In this document: positions 41,770 to 53,200 of the stretch, one piece after another
Layout: every line of letters starts with the position of its first letter
Numbering within the stretch: position 1 is the first letter of the stretch
DNA from: an uncultured Planctomycetaceae bacterium
GTDB taxonomy: Bacteria; Planctomycetota; Planctomycetia; Planctomycetales; Planctomycetaceae
Length of the DNA: 64,000 nucleotides
Direction: 5' to 3'
Assembly: GCA_963813715.1 (NCBI GenBank)
Contig: CAWFAK010000017.1
Span: 320,001-384,000 of the forward strand
Translations under genes and position numbers: made by a program
The notes under the pieces: generated by a model
What the model was told of the DNA's origin: nothing
What the model saw: the letters and a program-made list of their open reading frames with translations, nothing else
Database searches by the model: none

Positions 41770-42153
41770 GAGTGATCTCCAGTTCCAACACAGCGCGAGG
41801 TCGGTCTGCAGCCAGTCCGTGGGTCACGATCGGGTGAGCCACATTCAGAGGAGCGAATCGCATCATAACGCGGTGCCCACCGTCCGTCGTCGGTCCGAGC
41901 GCCCCTGACACGTCGCGTCTGCCCGACAACAAATCTCTCGGAACTTGGCGAATCGCGGGAAAGACTAACGGTCAGCTGGACCGCGTCCCCGCCCGTGAAG
42001 TCGATCCAATTGCCCCATCTTCTGCCTCCCCTTTTCGTTCCGTCTTCGCTTCAAGTGGTCCGATCATCGCTGTCGATACCGAACAGGGGGGCGCCGTCGG
42101 ACTGCTTTTAGGCAGGCGCGGTTGGTCCCGACTGGTGTCGAAGGACCGCGCCA

Positions 42154-43987
42154 ATGCGACGGGCTGCGATTTACGTTGCGGGAATCCTGGGGCTGCTCGC
42201 GTCCCCATTTCTTCTCGCCGAATCCGCCGGACGCGCCCTTGCGACCGACCCGCCGAACGGCGCCGTCTTTACCGCCAAGGGGCGGTTCCGCATTCCCTTT
42301 CGCTACGATCCGACGGAGATGCAGCGGCTGCAGGCTCGCGAAGTGCAGCTCTACGTCTCGACCGATCACGGCACGCGCTGGCGGATGGTCGATCGGGCCG
42401 AGCCGCGAGCCGACCACTTCGACTTTCTCGCACCGAGCGACGGCGAGTATTGGTTCGCTGTCCGAACGCTCGATTCGTTCAACCGTCTGCATCCCGCCGG
42501 CAACAACATCGAGCCGGCGCTCAAGGTTATTGTTGACGCCACGCCGCCCGTGCTCGAGCTGCTGTTAACCGAGCTCGAGCCAGGCAAGATCGAGCTGCGC
42601 TGGACGGCCGCCGACGACCATTTGGACGTCAGCAAGCTGCGAATCGAGTATCGCCAGCCCGACGCGCCCGAGTGGCAGCCCGCCGCCGTCGTTCCTCAAC
42701 CGAACGGACAGACCACGTGGGAGGTCAAAGCGGGAGGCCTCGTCGCCGTGCGCGGCTCGATCAGCGACCTCGCCGGAAACAGCGTGAACGCCGATCGTGA
42801 AATCACCGTGCATCCCTCGCCGCACGGTGCAAAAGGGTCCGACACGGAATACCGGGCGCCCGTGGCCAAAGCCAATCCGACCGGTGGAGACGTGCCGATT
42901 CGCGAAGCGGCTGCCGTTGTTCCGCCGGACCACACGGCGACCGACAAGCCGTCACATCCGCCGATCGACACCGCGAAGCCGATGGCTTCCACGTCGCCTG
43001 CGGCCACGCCGTCATCTGGTGCGGCACCGTCATCCGCTGCGGCCGCGTCAGGCGGAAACGACCCGGTGGACGGGGGCCTCACCTCCGATCACGACTTCTT
43101 CGTCGAGTCGAAGGACAAAGCCGCGAGCCCCGGGCTGAAGATTCAGCCGCAGGTTCGCAACGATCTCGTCTCCGACTCGCCCGCCGATCGCCCGGCGATC
43201 GTCCAAAAACAAGTTATGCAAAAACAAGGTGGGCAGGGACAGACGGGCGCAGACACGGCCCCGCCGGCAGACGGCGCGGACGAGTTGGTGGACGAAAAAG
43301 CCAACTTCACAGCCACGCCGCCGGCTCCGAAGGATGACGAACCGCGGACGATCGTCGTCAACAGCACCGATTTCCAGATCGGCTATCGCATCGACGACCT
43401 GGGGCCTTCGGGTCTCGGCAAGATCGAGCTGTTTATCACGACCGACGGCGGTCGCAAGTGGTATCGCTACGGGACGAACCCGACGAACAAGAGTCCGTTC
43501 GCGGTCAACGTGCCGGCCGACGGAACCTATGGATTCGAGCTGCGCGTGAAAAACGGGGCCGGCATCGGCGACGATCCGCCGCATCCTGGCGACAAGCCGT
43601 CGATTGTGGTCATGGTCGACAAAACGCCGCCCGAGCGCTCAGTTATTGGCGCCGCAAATCGGCCGCGGCAAATCGCACAACAAAGTCCTGCTGCGTTGGG
43701 TTGCGGAAGACGCGCACTTCGGCGCGACTCCGGTCCTGCTCGAGTATGCCGTCGAGAAAAACGGACCGTGGACGAAGATCGGCGATTGGCAGGCCAACTC
43801 TGGCCACTACATCTGGCCGATCGAATCCGGCATGCCGGGCAAGGTGTACGTGCGGCTCACCGCGAAAGATCGCGCAGGCAATACGGCGCAGATCACCGCG
43901 CCCGACGTGCTGGTGATCGACTTCACGCGGCCGACCGCCCACATCATCGATGTGGAAGCGAAGTCCGGCGGCCAGGACCACGGCTAA
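42154..43987 (+). CDS. Secreted multi-Ig-like-domain hypothetical protein; apparent frameshift near 43635
   Basis: Signal peptide; duplicated modules LYVSTDHGTRW...DGEYWF...VDATPP and LFITTDGGRKW...DGTYGF...VDKTPP; DLAGN/DRAGN motifs. Confidence 0.75.
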
Positions 43988-44104
43988 GCCGGTCCCGTGA
44001 TTTCGCTGCTGCGATCGCGAGGCGCCGTCGCTTATTTCGATAATGCGCGCGACACTTGAGCGGGTGAGCGGTGTTGCATCCGCTGCCGTCGGTGTTTCTG
44101 CTAA

Positions 44105-44254
44105 TCAATGGTGCTTAAAGTACTGCACCGCGCGTTCGTGCTTCTCCGCAGCAGCGCGACTGTTAAACGTGCCGAGGTTGCGCCGCTTGCCCGTCGACGG
44201 ATTGAGCTTGCGGGAGTAGAGCCGATACTTACCTGATGCGAGCTTGTGGATCAT
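44105..44254 (-). CDS. 49-aa basic small protein
   Basis: MIHKLASGKYRLYSRKLNPSTGKRRNLGTFNSRAAAEKHERAVQYFKHH; RBS AAGGA 8 nt upstream; below ORF-track cutoff. Confidence 0.75.
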   Translation of the reverse strand: MIHKLASGKYRLYSRKLNPSTGKRRNLGTFNSRAAAEKHERAVQYFKHH

Positions 44255-44443
44255 TGGTGAGTTCCTTGCATGACTTGGGACCGATCCTGCACATTGGGCT
44301 GGCGAGCGCTCCCATCGCAGTGAGCGCGCCAGTCATCGCCCTTTAATTCAACTGCAAGGCGCGCACCAATTGCTCGTCTCCCGCGAGACGGAGCTCATCC
44401 CGTAAGAGTCAGGGTGCGAACGCCGAGAAATCGACAATTCCGG

Positions 44444-44475
44444 TTGCCCTGAAACGTAAGTGAGCATACACTTAC
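44444..44475 (+). promoter_or_regulatory. Sigma70-type promoter with overlapping TetR operator palindrome
   Basis: TTGCCC-N17-TACACT (44444-44472); inverted repeat GTAAGTG-agcata-CACTTAC (44456-44475). Confidence 0.7.
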
Positions 44476-44479
44476 ACGT

Positions 44480-45200
44480 ATGGCTACTGAGAGTGCGCGC
44501 GGCGCGAAATTCAGTCAAAAACTCTCCTGTGAGGAGCGGCGGAGCGCGATCCTGCGCCGTCCGCCGGGTCTTTGCTGCAAAGGGCTTCGACGGCACCACC
44601 ACCCGCGAATTGGCGGACGCGGCGGGCGTGTCGGAAGCCCTGCTCTTCAAACACTTTCCGAACAAGGAAGCCCTCTTTTCCGCCATGAAGCTGTCCCTGA
44701 ATGAGCAGGACCTGGGACGGCTCGAGCGGATCAAGCAGCTGGAGCCGTCCGTCTCAACCCTCGTCCTCTTGGTGCATTTTCTGACTCACCTGCTGATCGA
44801 AGGTTGGACCGTCGCCGAGGATGAGCCGGCGATCCAGACTCGGCTCATGCTCCGCAGTCTGGCGCAGGACGGAGAATTTGCCCGGCTATTGCTGCGGCGG
44901 GTCGCCACGCAATGGGTGCCGAAGATCGACGAATGCCTGCGGGCGGCCGTGGCCAATGGTGACGCGGCGGCCGACCCGGCCTGTCCTCCCCACTTGGCCG
45001 GCTGGCTCACTCAGCACGTCGGCTGCATGGCGATGATGGCGCTGCTGCCCGCGAGCACCGTCGTCGACTATGGCATGTCGCGGCGCGAGCTGGTGGAGCA
45101 GGTCGTTTGGTTTTCCCTTCGCGGAATGGGGGTGCGGGACGAGGCAATTCGCCGTCATTACAATCCGCGAGCGCTCGAGTTAATTGAAGGTCGGAAATGA
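44480..45200 (+). CDS. TetR/AcrR family regulator; apparent frameshift near 44555
   Basis: EERRSAIL joined to VFAAKGFDGTTTRELADAAGVSEALLFKHFPNKEALF. Confidence 0.9.
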
Positions 45201-46462
45201 TCCATCTCTCCGGAAGTGCACATCCTGGCGACCGAACGGATCGCGCGCATCAACACGGGCGCGTGGTCGAAATTGCTTGTGGTCTGGTAGCGGTGCTGGT
45301 TGGTTGTCTGGCAATCACCGGCTGCACGAAGGCGCCCGCCGAGGCTCCCCCGCTGCCGCCGCCCGCCGTGACGATCAGCTGTCCGCTCGAGCAGGACCTG
45401 GCCGACTATGCGGATTTCACGGGCCAAACGGCGGCCGTGAAGAGCGTTGATGTGCGAGCCCGCGTCTGGGGTTTTTTGCAGACGGTGAACTTCACCGAAG
45501 GGGCGCTCGTTCGCAAGGGCGACCTGCTGTTTCAGATCGATCCGCGTCCCTACCAGGCGCTGGTCAACCAAGCCAAAGCAAAAATCGCCCAAGATCAGGC
45601 CCAGCTGACCAACGATGAAGAGGTTTACCGCCGAACCTATCAGCTGCACACCCGCGGCGCGGCGAGTCAGGATACGCTCGACAAGGCGCTGGCCGATCGG
45701 GACAGCGTCCAGGCCACGCTGATGGCGGACAAGGCCGATCTCGAGGCAAAGCAACTGGACCTCGACTTCACGCGGATCGAGGCGCCGATCAGCGGACGAG
45801 TCAGCCGCTTCGAGGTGACCGAAGGTAACGTCGTCCAGTCGGGACAAAACGGCGGCACGCTCCTCACGACGATCGTGTCCGTCGACCCGATGTACGTTTA
45901 TTTCGACATCGACGAGCGGACGCTGCTGCAAGTCCGCCGTCTGGTGCAGACGGGGCAGATCAAGAACGTGCAGGAGACGGCTTTCCCGGTCGCCATCGGT
46001 TTGGCGGACGAGCCTCAATTCCCCCGGCAGGGCAGCGTGAACTTCATGGACAATCGCGTCGATCCGGGCACGGGCACGTTGCGGATGCGGGCCGATGTCG
46101 CGAACTCTGACGCGATGTTGACGCCCGGTCTCTTTGTCCGCTGCCATCTCCCGCTGGGAGCGCCGCGGCACACGATCCTGGTTTCCGAACAAGCGCTCGC
46201 CAGCGACCAGGGGCAGAAGTATGTGTACCTGGTCAACGATCAGAACGAGGTTCTTTATCGCCCGGTGAAAGTCGGACGATCGTTCGCCGGTATGCGGGTG
46301 ATCGAGTCGGGACTGACCAAGGCCGACAAGGTCATCGTGAAGGGGCTGCAGCGCGTTCAGCCCGGCATCAAAGTCGAGCCCAAGCTCGCGGAAATGCCGA
46401 ACCACCTCGCGGCCGAGAAGGTCTCGTCCGCGCCGGTTGGCAAGAAGCCGGTTGCAAACTGA
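45197..46462 (+). CDS. RND efflux periplasmic adaptor (MFP)
   Basis: Lipobox-like LAITGC, VDVRARVWGFL, LFQIDPRPY, IEAPISGRVS, NRVDPGTGT. Confidence 0.93.
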   Translation: MIHLSGSAHPGDRTDRAHQHGRVVEIACGLVAVLVGCLAITGCTKAPAEAPPLPPPAVTISCPLEQDLADYADFTGQTAAVKSVDVRARVWGFLQTVNFTEGALVRKGDLLFQIDPRPYQALVNQAKAKIAQDQAQLTNDEEVYRRTYQLHTRGAASQDTLDKALADRDSVQATLMADKADLEAKQLDLDFTRIEAPISGRVSRFEVTEGNVVQSGQNGGTLLTTIVSVDPMYVYFDIDERTLLQVRRLVQTGQIKNVQETAFPVAIGLADEPQFPRQGSVNFMDNRVDPGTGTLRMRADVANSDAMLTPGLFVRCHLPLGAPRHTILVSEQALASDQGQKYVYLVNDQNEVLYRPVKVGRSFAGMRVIESGLTKADKVIVKGLQRVQPGIKVEPKLAEMPNHLAAEKVSSAPVGKKPVAN

Positions 46463-46623
46463 TGCGAGCTGCGGATCGGTCGCCCTCCAGCGTCCCTCCG
46501 ATCGCGGCCGCACCTGCCTGCTCGCGGGTTCGTCCCCGAAAGGGAACCCGGCAACGATTTCAGCTTGTGCCTGTGACTCAGTCCCTGCTCTAGAGCCCCC
46601 TGCCCAAGTCAGAGTGTGAGCCG

Positions 46624-49600
46624 GTGATCTCGCGGTTCTTCATCAATCGGCCGATCTTCGCCTCGGTGCTGTCGATCGTGATCACGCTCGCGGGCGGGGT
46701 CTCGGTCTTCAACCTCGGTTTGGCGCAGTTTCCGCCGGTGACGCCGCCGACCGTGCAGGTCACCTGCACCTACCCGGGTGCTAGCGCCAAGGACGTGGCC
46801 GAGGCGATCGCCGCCCCCATCGAGCAGCAGGTGAACGGCGTCGAAGGGATGATGTACATGTCATCCCAGTGCGCCAACGACGGTTCATACAACCTCACCG
46901 TCACGTTTCGGCAGGGCTTCAATCTCAACATGGCCCAGGTTCTGGTGCAGAACCGCGTTAACCTGGCCGTGCCCCTGTTGCCCGACGTGATCAAGCAGAC
47001 AGGCGTGACCACGATCAAGCGGTCGCCAGACATTCTCTGCGGTATCGCCCTGCTCTCCCCCGACGGGCGGTATGACCAGCTGTTCGTCAGCAACTATGCC
47101 GTGCTGCAAGTGAAGGACGAGCTCTCGCGCGTCGACGGCGTCGGCGATATCTTCCTGTTCGGGCAGCGCGATTACAGCATGCGAGTCTGGGTCGATCCGC
47201 ACAAACTGGCCTCGCGTGGCTTGGCGGCCTCGGATATTTCCAATGCTCTCCGCGAGCAGAACGCACCCGTTGCCGCTGGCGCGATCGGCCAGCAGCCGGC
47301 GGTCGACCAACAAGAAACGCAGATCACGCTGAACACGCTGGGCCGGCTCACCGATGTCGAGCAATTCGGCAACATCATCGTCAAGCGGAGCCCGGATGGC
47401 CGGCTGACCCGGCTCAAGGACGTGGCCCGCGTGGTGCTCGGGGCAAAGAACGAAGACGTCAGCACGCGGCTGGACGGCAAGGATACGATCTTCCTCGCCA
47501 TCTTCCAGATGCCCGACGCCAACGCCCTCGACACGCACGACCGCGTGATGGCCAAGATGGAAGAGCTGAAGAAGACCTTCCCCGAGGGGCTGACCTACGA
47601 AATCGGCTTCGACACGACCCCCTACACGCGCGAATCGATCCGCGAGGTCGTCAAGACGCTCCGCGACGCGATCATCCTGGTTGCCGTGGTGGTGCTGCTC
47701 TTCCTGCAGAACTGGCGTTCGTCGTTGATTCCGCTGGTCGCCGTGCCGGTCGCCGTGGTCGGCACCTTTGCGGCGATGCTGATGTTCGGGTTCAGTCTCA
47801 ACAATCTGACATTATTTGGATTGGTGCTCGCCATTGGGATTGTGGTGGACGATGCCATCGTCGTGGTCGAGGCGGTGGAGCACCATATCGAGCACGGGCT
47901 CTCGCCGCGCGACGCCACCATTCGGGCGATGGACCAGGTGTCGGGCCCGGTAATCGCGGTCGGCCTGGTGCTGAGCGCCGTGTTCGTTCCGTGCGCTTTC
48001 ATTTCGGGAATCACCGGGGCCTTCTTCCGCCAGTTTGCCGTCACGATCGCCGTCTCGACGGTGATCTCGGCGTTCAACTCGCTGACGCTGAGCCCGGCGC
48101 TTACTGCGCTCTTGTTGCGTCCCCGGGATAAAGAGACCGCGCCGCCCTTGCCGCGCGTGGCGTATGTGCTGGCGGGCGCGCTGTGGGGCTGGTTTTCGCT
48201 GGGGGCCTGGGCGCTGCCCCGCGTCGCGCCGACGCTAACCGCTTGGGCCGGCGCTTGGCTGCCGGCGACGCTCGCGCAGCGGGCGGTGAATAATCTGCCG
48301 AATGCCGTGGGAATCGCGGCCGCCCTGGCGTGCGGGCTCGTTGCCTGGTTTCTCGGTCCGCTGTGCAACCGCGTCCTGCGGGGCTTTTTCACGCTGTTCA
48401 ATTACACCTTTGCTTGGACGACCCGGATCTACACCGGATTGGTCGGCGGCCTGCTCCGCGTGTGCGTGATCGTCCTCGTGGTCTACGTCGGCCTCTTGGG
48501 CGTGACGTACTGGAGCATCCAGTCGACGCCCAAGGGATTCATTCCGCTGCAGGACATGGGTTACTTGATTTGCAGCGTGCAGCTTCCCGATGCGGCCTCC
48601 AAGGAACGCACCGAAGTGGTGATGGCCAAGCTGGTCGCCATCGCCCGGAAAGTGCCCGGCGTCAAACACGTGACGGGCGTGTGCGGTCAGTCGTTTGTCC
48701 TCAACGCCTTCGGCTCGAACTTCGGCTCGATGTTCGTCAACCTCGACGACTACTCCGAGCGCCGCGACTTGGATCGCTCCGCCGATTCGATCGCCGCGCA
48801 AATTCGAGCGGGGGTCGCACAGATTCAAGAGGCGCAGATCTTCGTCTTCGGCCCGCCCCCTGTCCGGGGCGCCGGCCGGGCCGGCGGCTTCACGATGATG
48901 GTGGAAGACCGTGGCGACCTGGGACCGAAAGTCTTGCAGGAGGAGACCGAAAACCTGGTCCGCGCCGGTACCGCGACCCAGAAGCTGATCGGCCTTTCGT
49001 CCGTGTTCCGCGCCAACGTGCCGCAGCTCTTCGTGGAAGCCGATCCGCGGGAGTGCATGGCCAAGGGAGTCTCGCTCCAGAGTTTTGCCGACACGCTGTC
49101 GATCTTCATGGGCTCGCTCTACGTCAATGATTTCAATCTCTACGGGCGGACCTGGCAGGTGAACGTGCAGGCCGACCAGCAGTTCCGCGGCCAGATCGAG
49201 CAGCTGATTCCGATGGCCGTGCCGAGCATGCGCGGGACGATCGTTCCCATCGGCTCGCTGGCGAGCATTCACGAAACGAACGGCCCGCTCATTCTGACGC
49301 GCTACAACATGTACCCGGCCGCTTCGATCAACGGCCTGGCCGCACCGGGATTGAGTTCGGGACAGGCGATCGACCTGCTGGGAGGCTTGGCCCATCGCGA
49401 GCTGTCGCGCAACATGGCATTCGAGTGGAGCGACATGTCGTACCTGGAGGTCATCGCGGGCGACACGGCCATGATGATCTTCGGCTTCGCGGTCGTGATG
49501 GTGTTCCTGGTGCTGGCGGCCCAATACGAAAGCTGGTCGCTCCCTCTGGCGGTGATCCTTGTCGTGCCGATGTGCCTGTTGAGCGCGATCATCGGGGTCA

Positions 49601-50271
49601 AGATCGCCGAGATGGACGTGAATATCTTCACCCGGATCGGATTCGTGGTGTTGGTGGGACTGGCGAGCAAGAACGCCATTTTGATCGTCGAATTCGCCAA
49701 GGTGCAGCGACGCTCCGGCGCGAATCGCCGGGCGGCGACGCTGGAAGCGTGCAAGCTCCGGTTGCGCCCGGTCGTGATGACGTCGCTGGCGTTCATTCTG
49801 GGCGTGGTGCCGCTGATTGTTTCCCGTGGAGCCGGCGCCGAAATGCGGCAGACGCTGGGGACGGCCGTCTTCAGCGGCATGCTCGGCGTGACGCTGTTCG
49901 GATTGCTGCTGACGCCCGTCTTTTTCTACAGCATCGACTGGTTGGGCGACGCGCACTTATTCCGGTCGCTGGTGATGCAGCGGTTCAACCATTTGTCGTT
50001 ATCGGTCGTTTCCTTGAAGCCGCTGCGGACGAAGGTTGCCGACGCTTTTGTTCGCTGGAATGCAAGCCGGCGTACCCGACCTTCGAACGGCCGCGTCAAA
50101 GATCGAGCTCCGCGCGGCCAATTGATTGCCGGAAACGGGCACGACGGCCACGGTGTCCGCATCGCGGAAGCCCCGTCACCGATGTCGACTCCGCCCCCGA
50201 TCGGCGCGTCGAATTTCGAGCGCACTGCCGCAGGCGACGAAGAACCTGACGCCGAACACATTGTTAGCTGA
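46624..50271 (+). CDS. HAE1 family RND efflux permease 1
   Basis: MISRFFINRPIFA, LAIGIVVDDAIVVVE, GLASKNAILIVEFA, RLRPVVMTS. Confidence 0.95.
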   Translation: MISRFFINRPIFASVLSIVITLAGGVSVFNLGLAQFPPVTPPTVQVTCTYPGASAKDVAEAIAAPIEQQVNGVEGMMYMSSQCANDGSYNLTVTFRQGFNLNMAQVLVQNRVNLAVPLLPDVIKQTGVTTIKRSPDILCGIALLSPDGRYDQLFVSNYAVLQVKDELSRVDGVGDIFLFGQRDYSMRVWVDPHKLASRGLAASDISNALREQNAPVAAGAIGQQPAVDQQETQITLNTLGRLTDVEQFGNIIVKRSPDGRLTRLKDVARVVLGAKNEDVSTRLDGKDTIFLAIFQMPDANALDTHDRVMAKMEELKKTFPEGLTYEIGFDTTPYTRESIREVVKTLRDAIILVAVVVLLFLQNWRSSLIPLVAVPVAVVGTFAAMLMFGFSLNNLTLFGLVLAIGIVVDDAIVVVEAVEHHIEHGLSPRDATIRAMDQVSGPVIAVGLVLSAVFVPCAFISGITGAFFRQFAVTIAVSTVISAFNSLTLSPALTALLLRPRDKETAPPLPRVAYVLAGALWGWFSLGAWALPRVAPTLTAWAGAWLPATLAQRAVNNLPNAVGIAAALACGLVAWFLGPLCNRVLRGFFTLFNYTFAWTTRIYTGLVGGLLRVCVIVLVVYVGLLGVTYWSIQSTPKGFIPLQDMGYLICSVQLPDAASKERTEVVMAKLVAIARKVPGVKHVTGVCGQSFVLNAFGSNFGSMFVNLDDYSERRDLDRSADSIAAQIRAGVAQIQEAQIFVFGPPPVRGAGRAGGFTMMVEDRGDLGPKVLQEETENLVRAGTATQKLIGLSSVFRANVPQLFVEADPRECMAKGVSLQSFADTLSIFMGSLYVNDFNLYGRTWQVNVQADQQFRGQIEQLIPMAVPSMRGTIVPIGSLASIHETNGPLILTRYNMYPAASINGLAAPGLSSGQAIDLLGGLAHRELSRNMAFEWSDMSYLEVIAGDTAMMIFGFAVVMVFLVLAAQYESWSLPLAVILVVPMCLLSAIIGVKIAEMDVNIFTRIGFVVLVGLASKNAILIVEFAKVQRRSGANRRAATLEACKLRLRPVVMTSLAFILGVVPLIVSRGAGAEMRQTLGTAVFSGMLGVTLFGLLLTPVFFYSIDWLGDAHLFRSLVMQRFNHLSLSVVSLKPLRTKVADAFVRWNASRRTRPSNGRVKDRAPRGQLIAGNGHDGHGVRIAEAPSPMSTPPPIGASNFERTAAGDEEPDAEHIVS

Positions 50272-50285
50272 AGTTGGAGTCGTTC

Positions 50286-53200
50286 GTGTTTTCGACGTTC
50301 TTTATCAATCGGCCGATCTTCGCCAGCGTGCTGTCGATCATCATCACGCTGGCCGGCGGGATTGCGCTGTTGGCGTTGCCGATCGCCCAGTATCCCGAGA
50401 TCACGCCGCCAACCGTGGAAGTTTCGGCCGTCTATCCGGGCGCCAACGCGCAGACCGTGGCCGACACCGTCGCCGCTCCCATCGAGCAACAGGTCAACGG
50501 CGTCGAGAACATGCTGTATATGTCGTCGCAATGCACGAACGACGGCACCTACACGCTCACCGTGACGTTTAAAAACGGCGTCGACCTGAACATGGCCCAG
50601 GTGCTCGTTGAAAACCGCGAGTCGCTGGCCGACCCGGTCCTCCCCGACTTGGTGAAGCGCCGCGGCGTGGCGGTGAAGAAGAAATCGCCCAGCGTGCTGT
50701 GCATCGTCAACTTGTTCTCGCCCGATAACACGCGCGACAACCTGTACCTGAGCAACTACGCCACGATCCAGCTCAACGGCGAGCTGTCGCGGCTGCCCGG
50801 CGTGGGCGACATCACGTACGTCGGCCAGCGCGACTACAGCATGCGGCTGTGGCTCGACCCGCGGAAGATGGCCTACCGCAACCTCACTGCCAACGACATC
50901 GTCACCGCCATCCAGCAGCAGAATACGCAGGTGGCCGCGGGACAAATCGGCCAGGCGCCGGTGGCTCCGGGGCAGGTCACGCAGCTGACAATCAGCACGA
51001 TGGGCCGGCTGGTCGACGTCGAGCAATTTGCCGACATGATTCTCAAGACCGACGCGAACGGCGCTCTCGTCCGCGTGCGCGACGTCGCGCAGATCGAGCT
51101 GGGGGCGCTCGCCTACGATCAGACGTGCACGCTCGACGGCAAATCGTCGGTGGCCCTTTCGATTTACCAGCTGCCGGGATCCAACGCGCTCGACGTGTCG
51201 CAATCGGTCAAGAATAAAATGCAGGAGTTGAAGGCCCGCTTCCCCGCGGGCCTGGACTACGCGATCGTTTACGATACGGCCCCCTTCATCAGCGAGTCGA
51301 TCCGCGAAGTCTTCGTGACGCTCCGCGACGCGGTGATTCTCGTCGCCGTCGTCGTCCTCTTGTTCCTGCAGAACTGGCGCTCGGCCATCATTCCGCTGGT
51401 CGCCGTTCCCGTGGCCATTGTCGGTACGTTCGCCGTGATGGCGGCGATGGGTTTCAGCCTCAACAACCTCACGCTGTTCGGCCTGGTGCTGGCGATCGGC
51501 ATCGTCGTCGACGACGCGATCGTCGTTGTGGAGGCAGTGGAAAGGCAAATCGAACACGGATTGCCCCGCGCGAGGCCACGATCCGCGCGATGGAAATGGT
51601 TTCCGGCCCCGTGATCGCCGTCGGCCTGGTGCTAAGCGCCGTGTTCATCCCCTGCACGTTCATCACGGGTATCACCGGCCAGTTCTTCCGGCAGTTTGCG
51701 CTGACGATCGCAGTCTCGACGGCGATCTCCGCTTTCAATTCGCTCACGCTGAGTCCGGCGCTCACCGCCCTGCTCCTGCGGGCTCACGACAAGGAGACGG
51801 CCCTGCCGCTTCCCTGGTTTGGTTTCCCGCTGATTGGCGGCCTGTTCGCGTGGGACCTTTCCACGCGTTTCGGCTGGGGAGGCACCGAGAACTGGCTGCC
51901 GCTGGCCGTGGCGATTGCAGCCGGCATCGCCCTTGGAGCGCTGATCGGTCCGCCCGCCAACCGGCTCCTCGCCCGACTGTTTCGCGCGTTTAACCGCGGC
52001 TTCGACCGGACGGCCGCCGTCTACACGCGGGCGGTGGGCGGGCTGTTGCGGGTGAGCGTCATTGTGCTCGTGGTTTACGGTGGCCTGTTGGTGGTGACCT
52101 ACGGCAGTTTCCAGGCGACGCCAAAGGGCTTCATTCCGCCACAGGACAAGGGTTACCTGCTGGTCAACGTCCAGCTGCCCGACTCGGCCTCCGTGCAGCG
52201 CACGCAAAAGGTCATGCGGCGGATCGAGGAGATCGCCGGCAAAACGCCGGGCGTGAAACACACGGTGTCGATTGCCGGCCAATCGATTCTTCTCAACGCG
52301 AATGCCCCGAACTTCGGCGCCATGTACTTGATGCTCGACGACTTTCACTCGCGCGTGGGCCGCGGGCTGTCGGACGTCGTCATCACGAATCGGCTGCAAA
52401 AGGCCTTGAGCGGCGAAATCGAAGAGGGGCTCGTCAACGTCTTCAGTGCTCCCCCCATCGACGGCCTCGGAACGGCCGGCGGCTTTAAGCTGATGGTCGA
52501 GGACCGCAGCGACAGCGGCCTCGAGGCGCTGCAATCGGCGGCGGACAACGTCGTCGACGCCGGTCGCCGCACGCCCGGCATTCAGGAGCCGTTCACCAGC
52601 TTCCGGGCCAACACGCCCTGGCTATATCTCGATATCGATCGGGAGGCGGCCAAGACGATGGGCGTGTCGATCGCCGAGGTATTCAACACGCTGCAGGTGT
52701 ACCTGGGATCGCTCTACGTCAACGACTTCAATCGGTTCGGCCGCACGTGGCAGGTGAACGTGCAGGCAATGTCCGATTTCCGCAGCCAGATCGACGACAT
52801 CAAGCAGATCAAGATTCGCAACGATCAGGGGAACATGGTTCCGCTCGCCACGATGATGGGCGTCCGCGAAACCACCGGGCCCGTGATGATCATGCGATAC
52901 AATATGTATCCCGCGGCGGCGATCAATCTCGCGCCAGCCGCGGGGATCAGCTCGGGGCAGGTGATCGACCGGGCCCAGGCCAGCGCCGACGGCGCCCTGC
53001 CGCGGATGATGAAGGCCGAGTGGACCGAGCTCGCCTTCCTGCAGCTGGAAACGGGCAACACGGCCATGCTCGTCTTTTTGCTCGCCGTCGTGCTGGTGTT
53101 CCTGGTGCTGGCCGCGCAGTACGAGAGCTGGACGCTGCCGCTGGCCGTGATCCTCGTGGTGCCGATGTGCCTCTTGTGTTCGGTCGCCGGCGTGCTGATG

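Noticed and set aside
40940..41775. ECF sigma with a long C-terminal extension
   Set aside because: The extension is the antisense frame of the DUF1080 gene; a stop at 40937-40939 is available after one indel
46463..46623. ncRNA between MFP and RND genes (hairpin with GAAA loop)
   Set aside because: Only isolated GC-rich hairpins; no recognisable family or repeat
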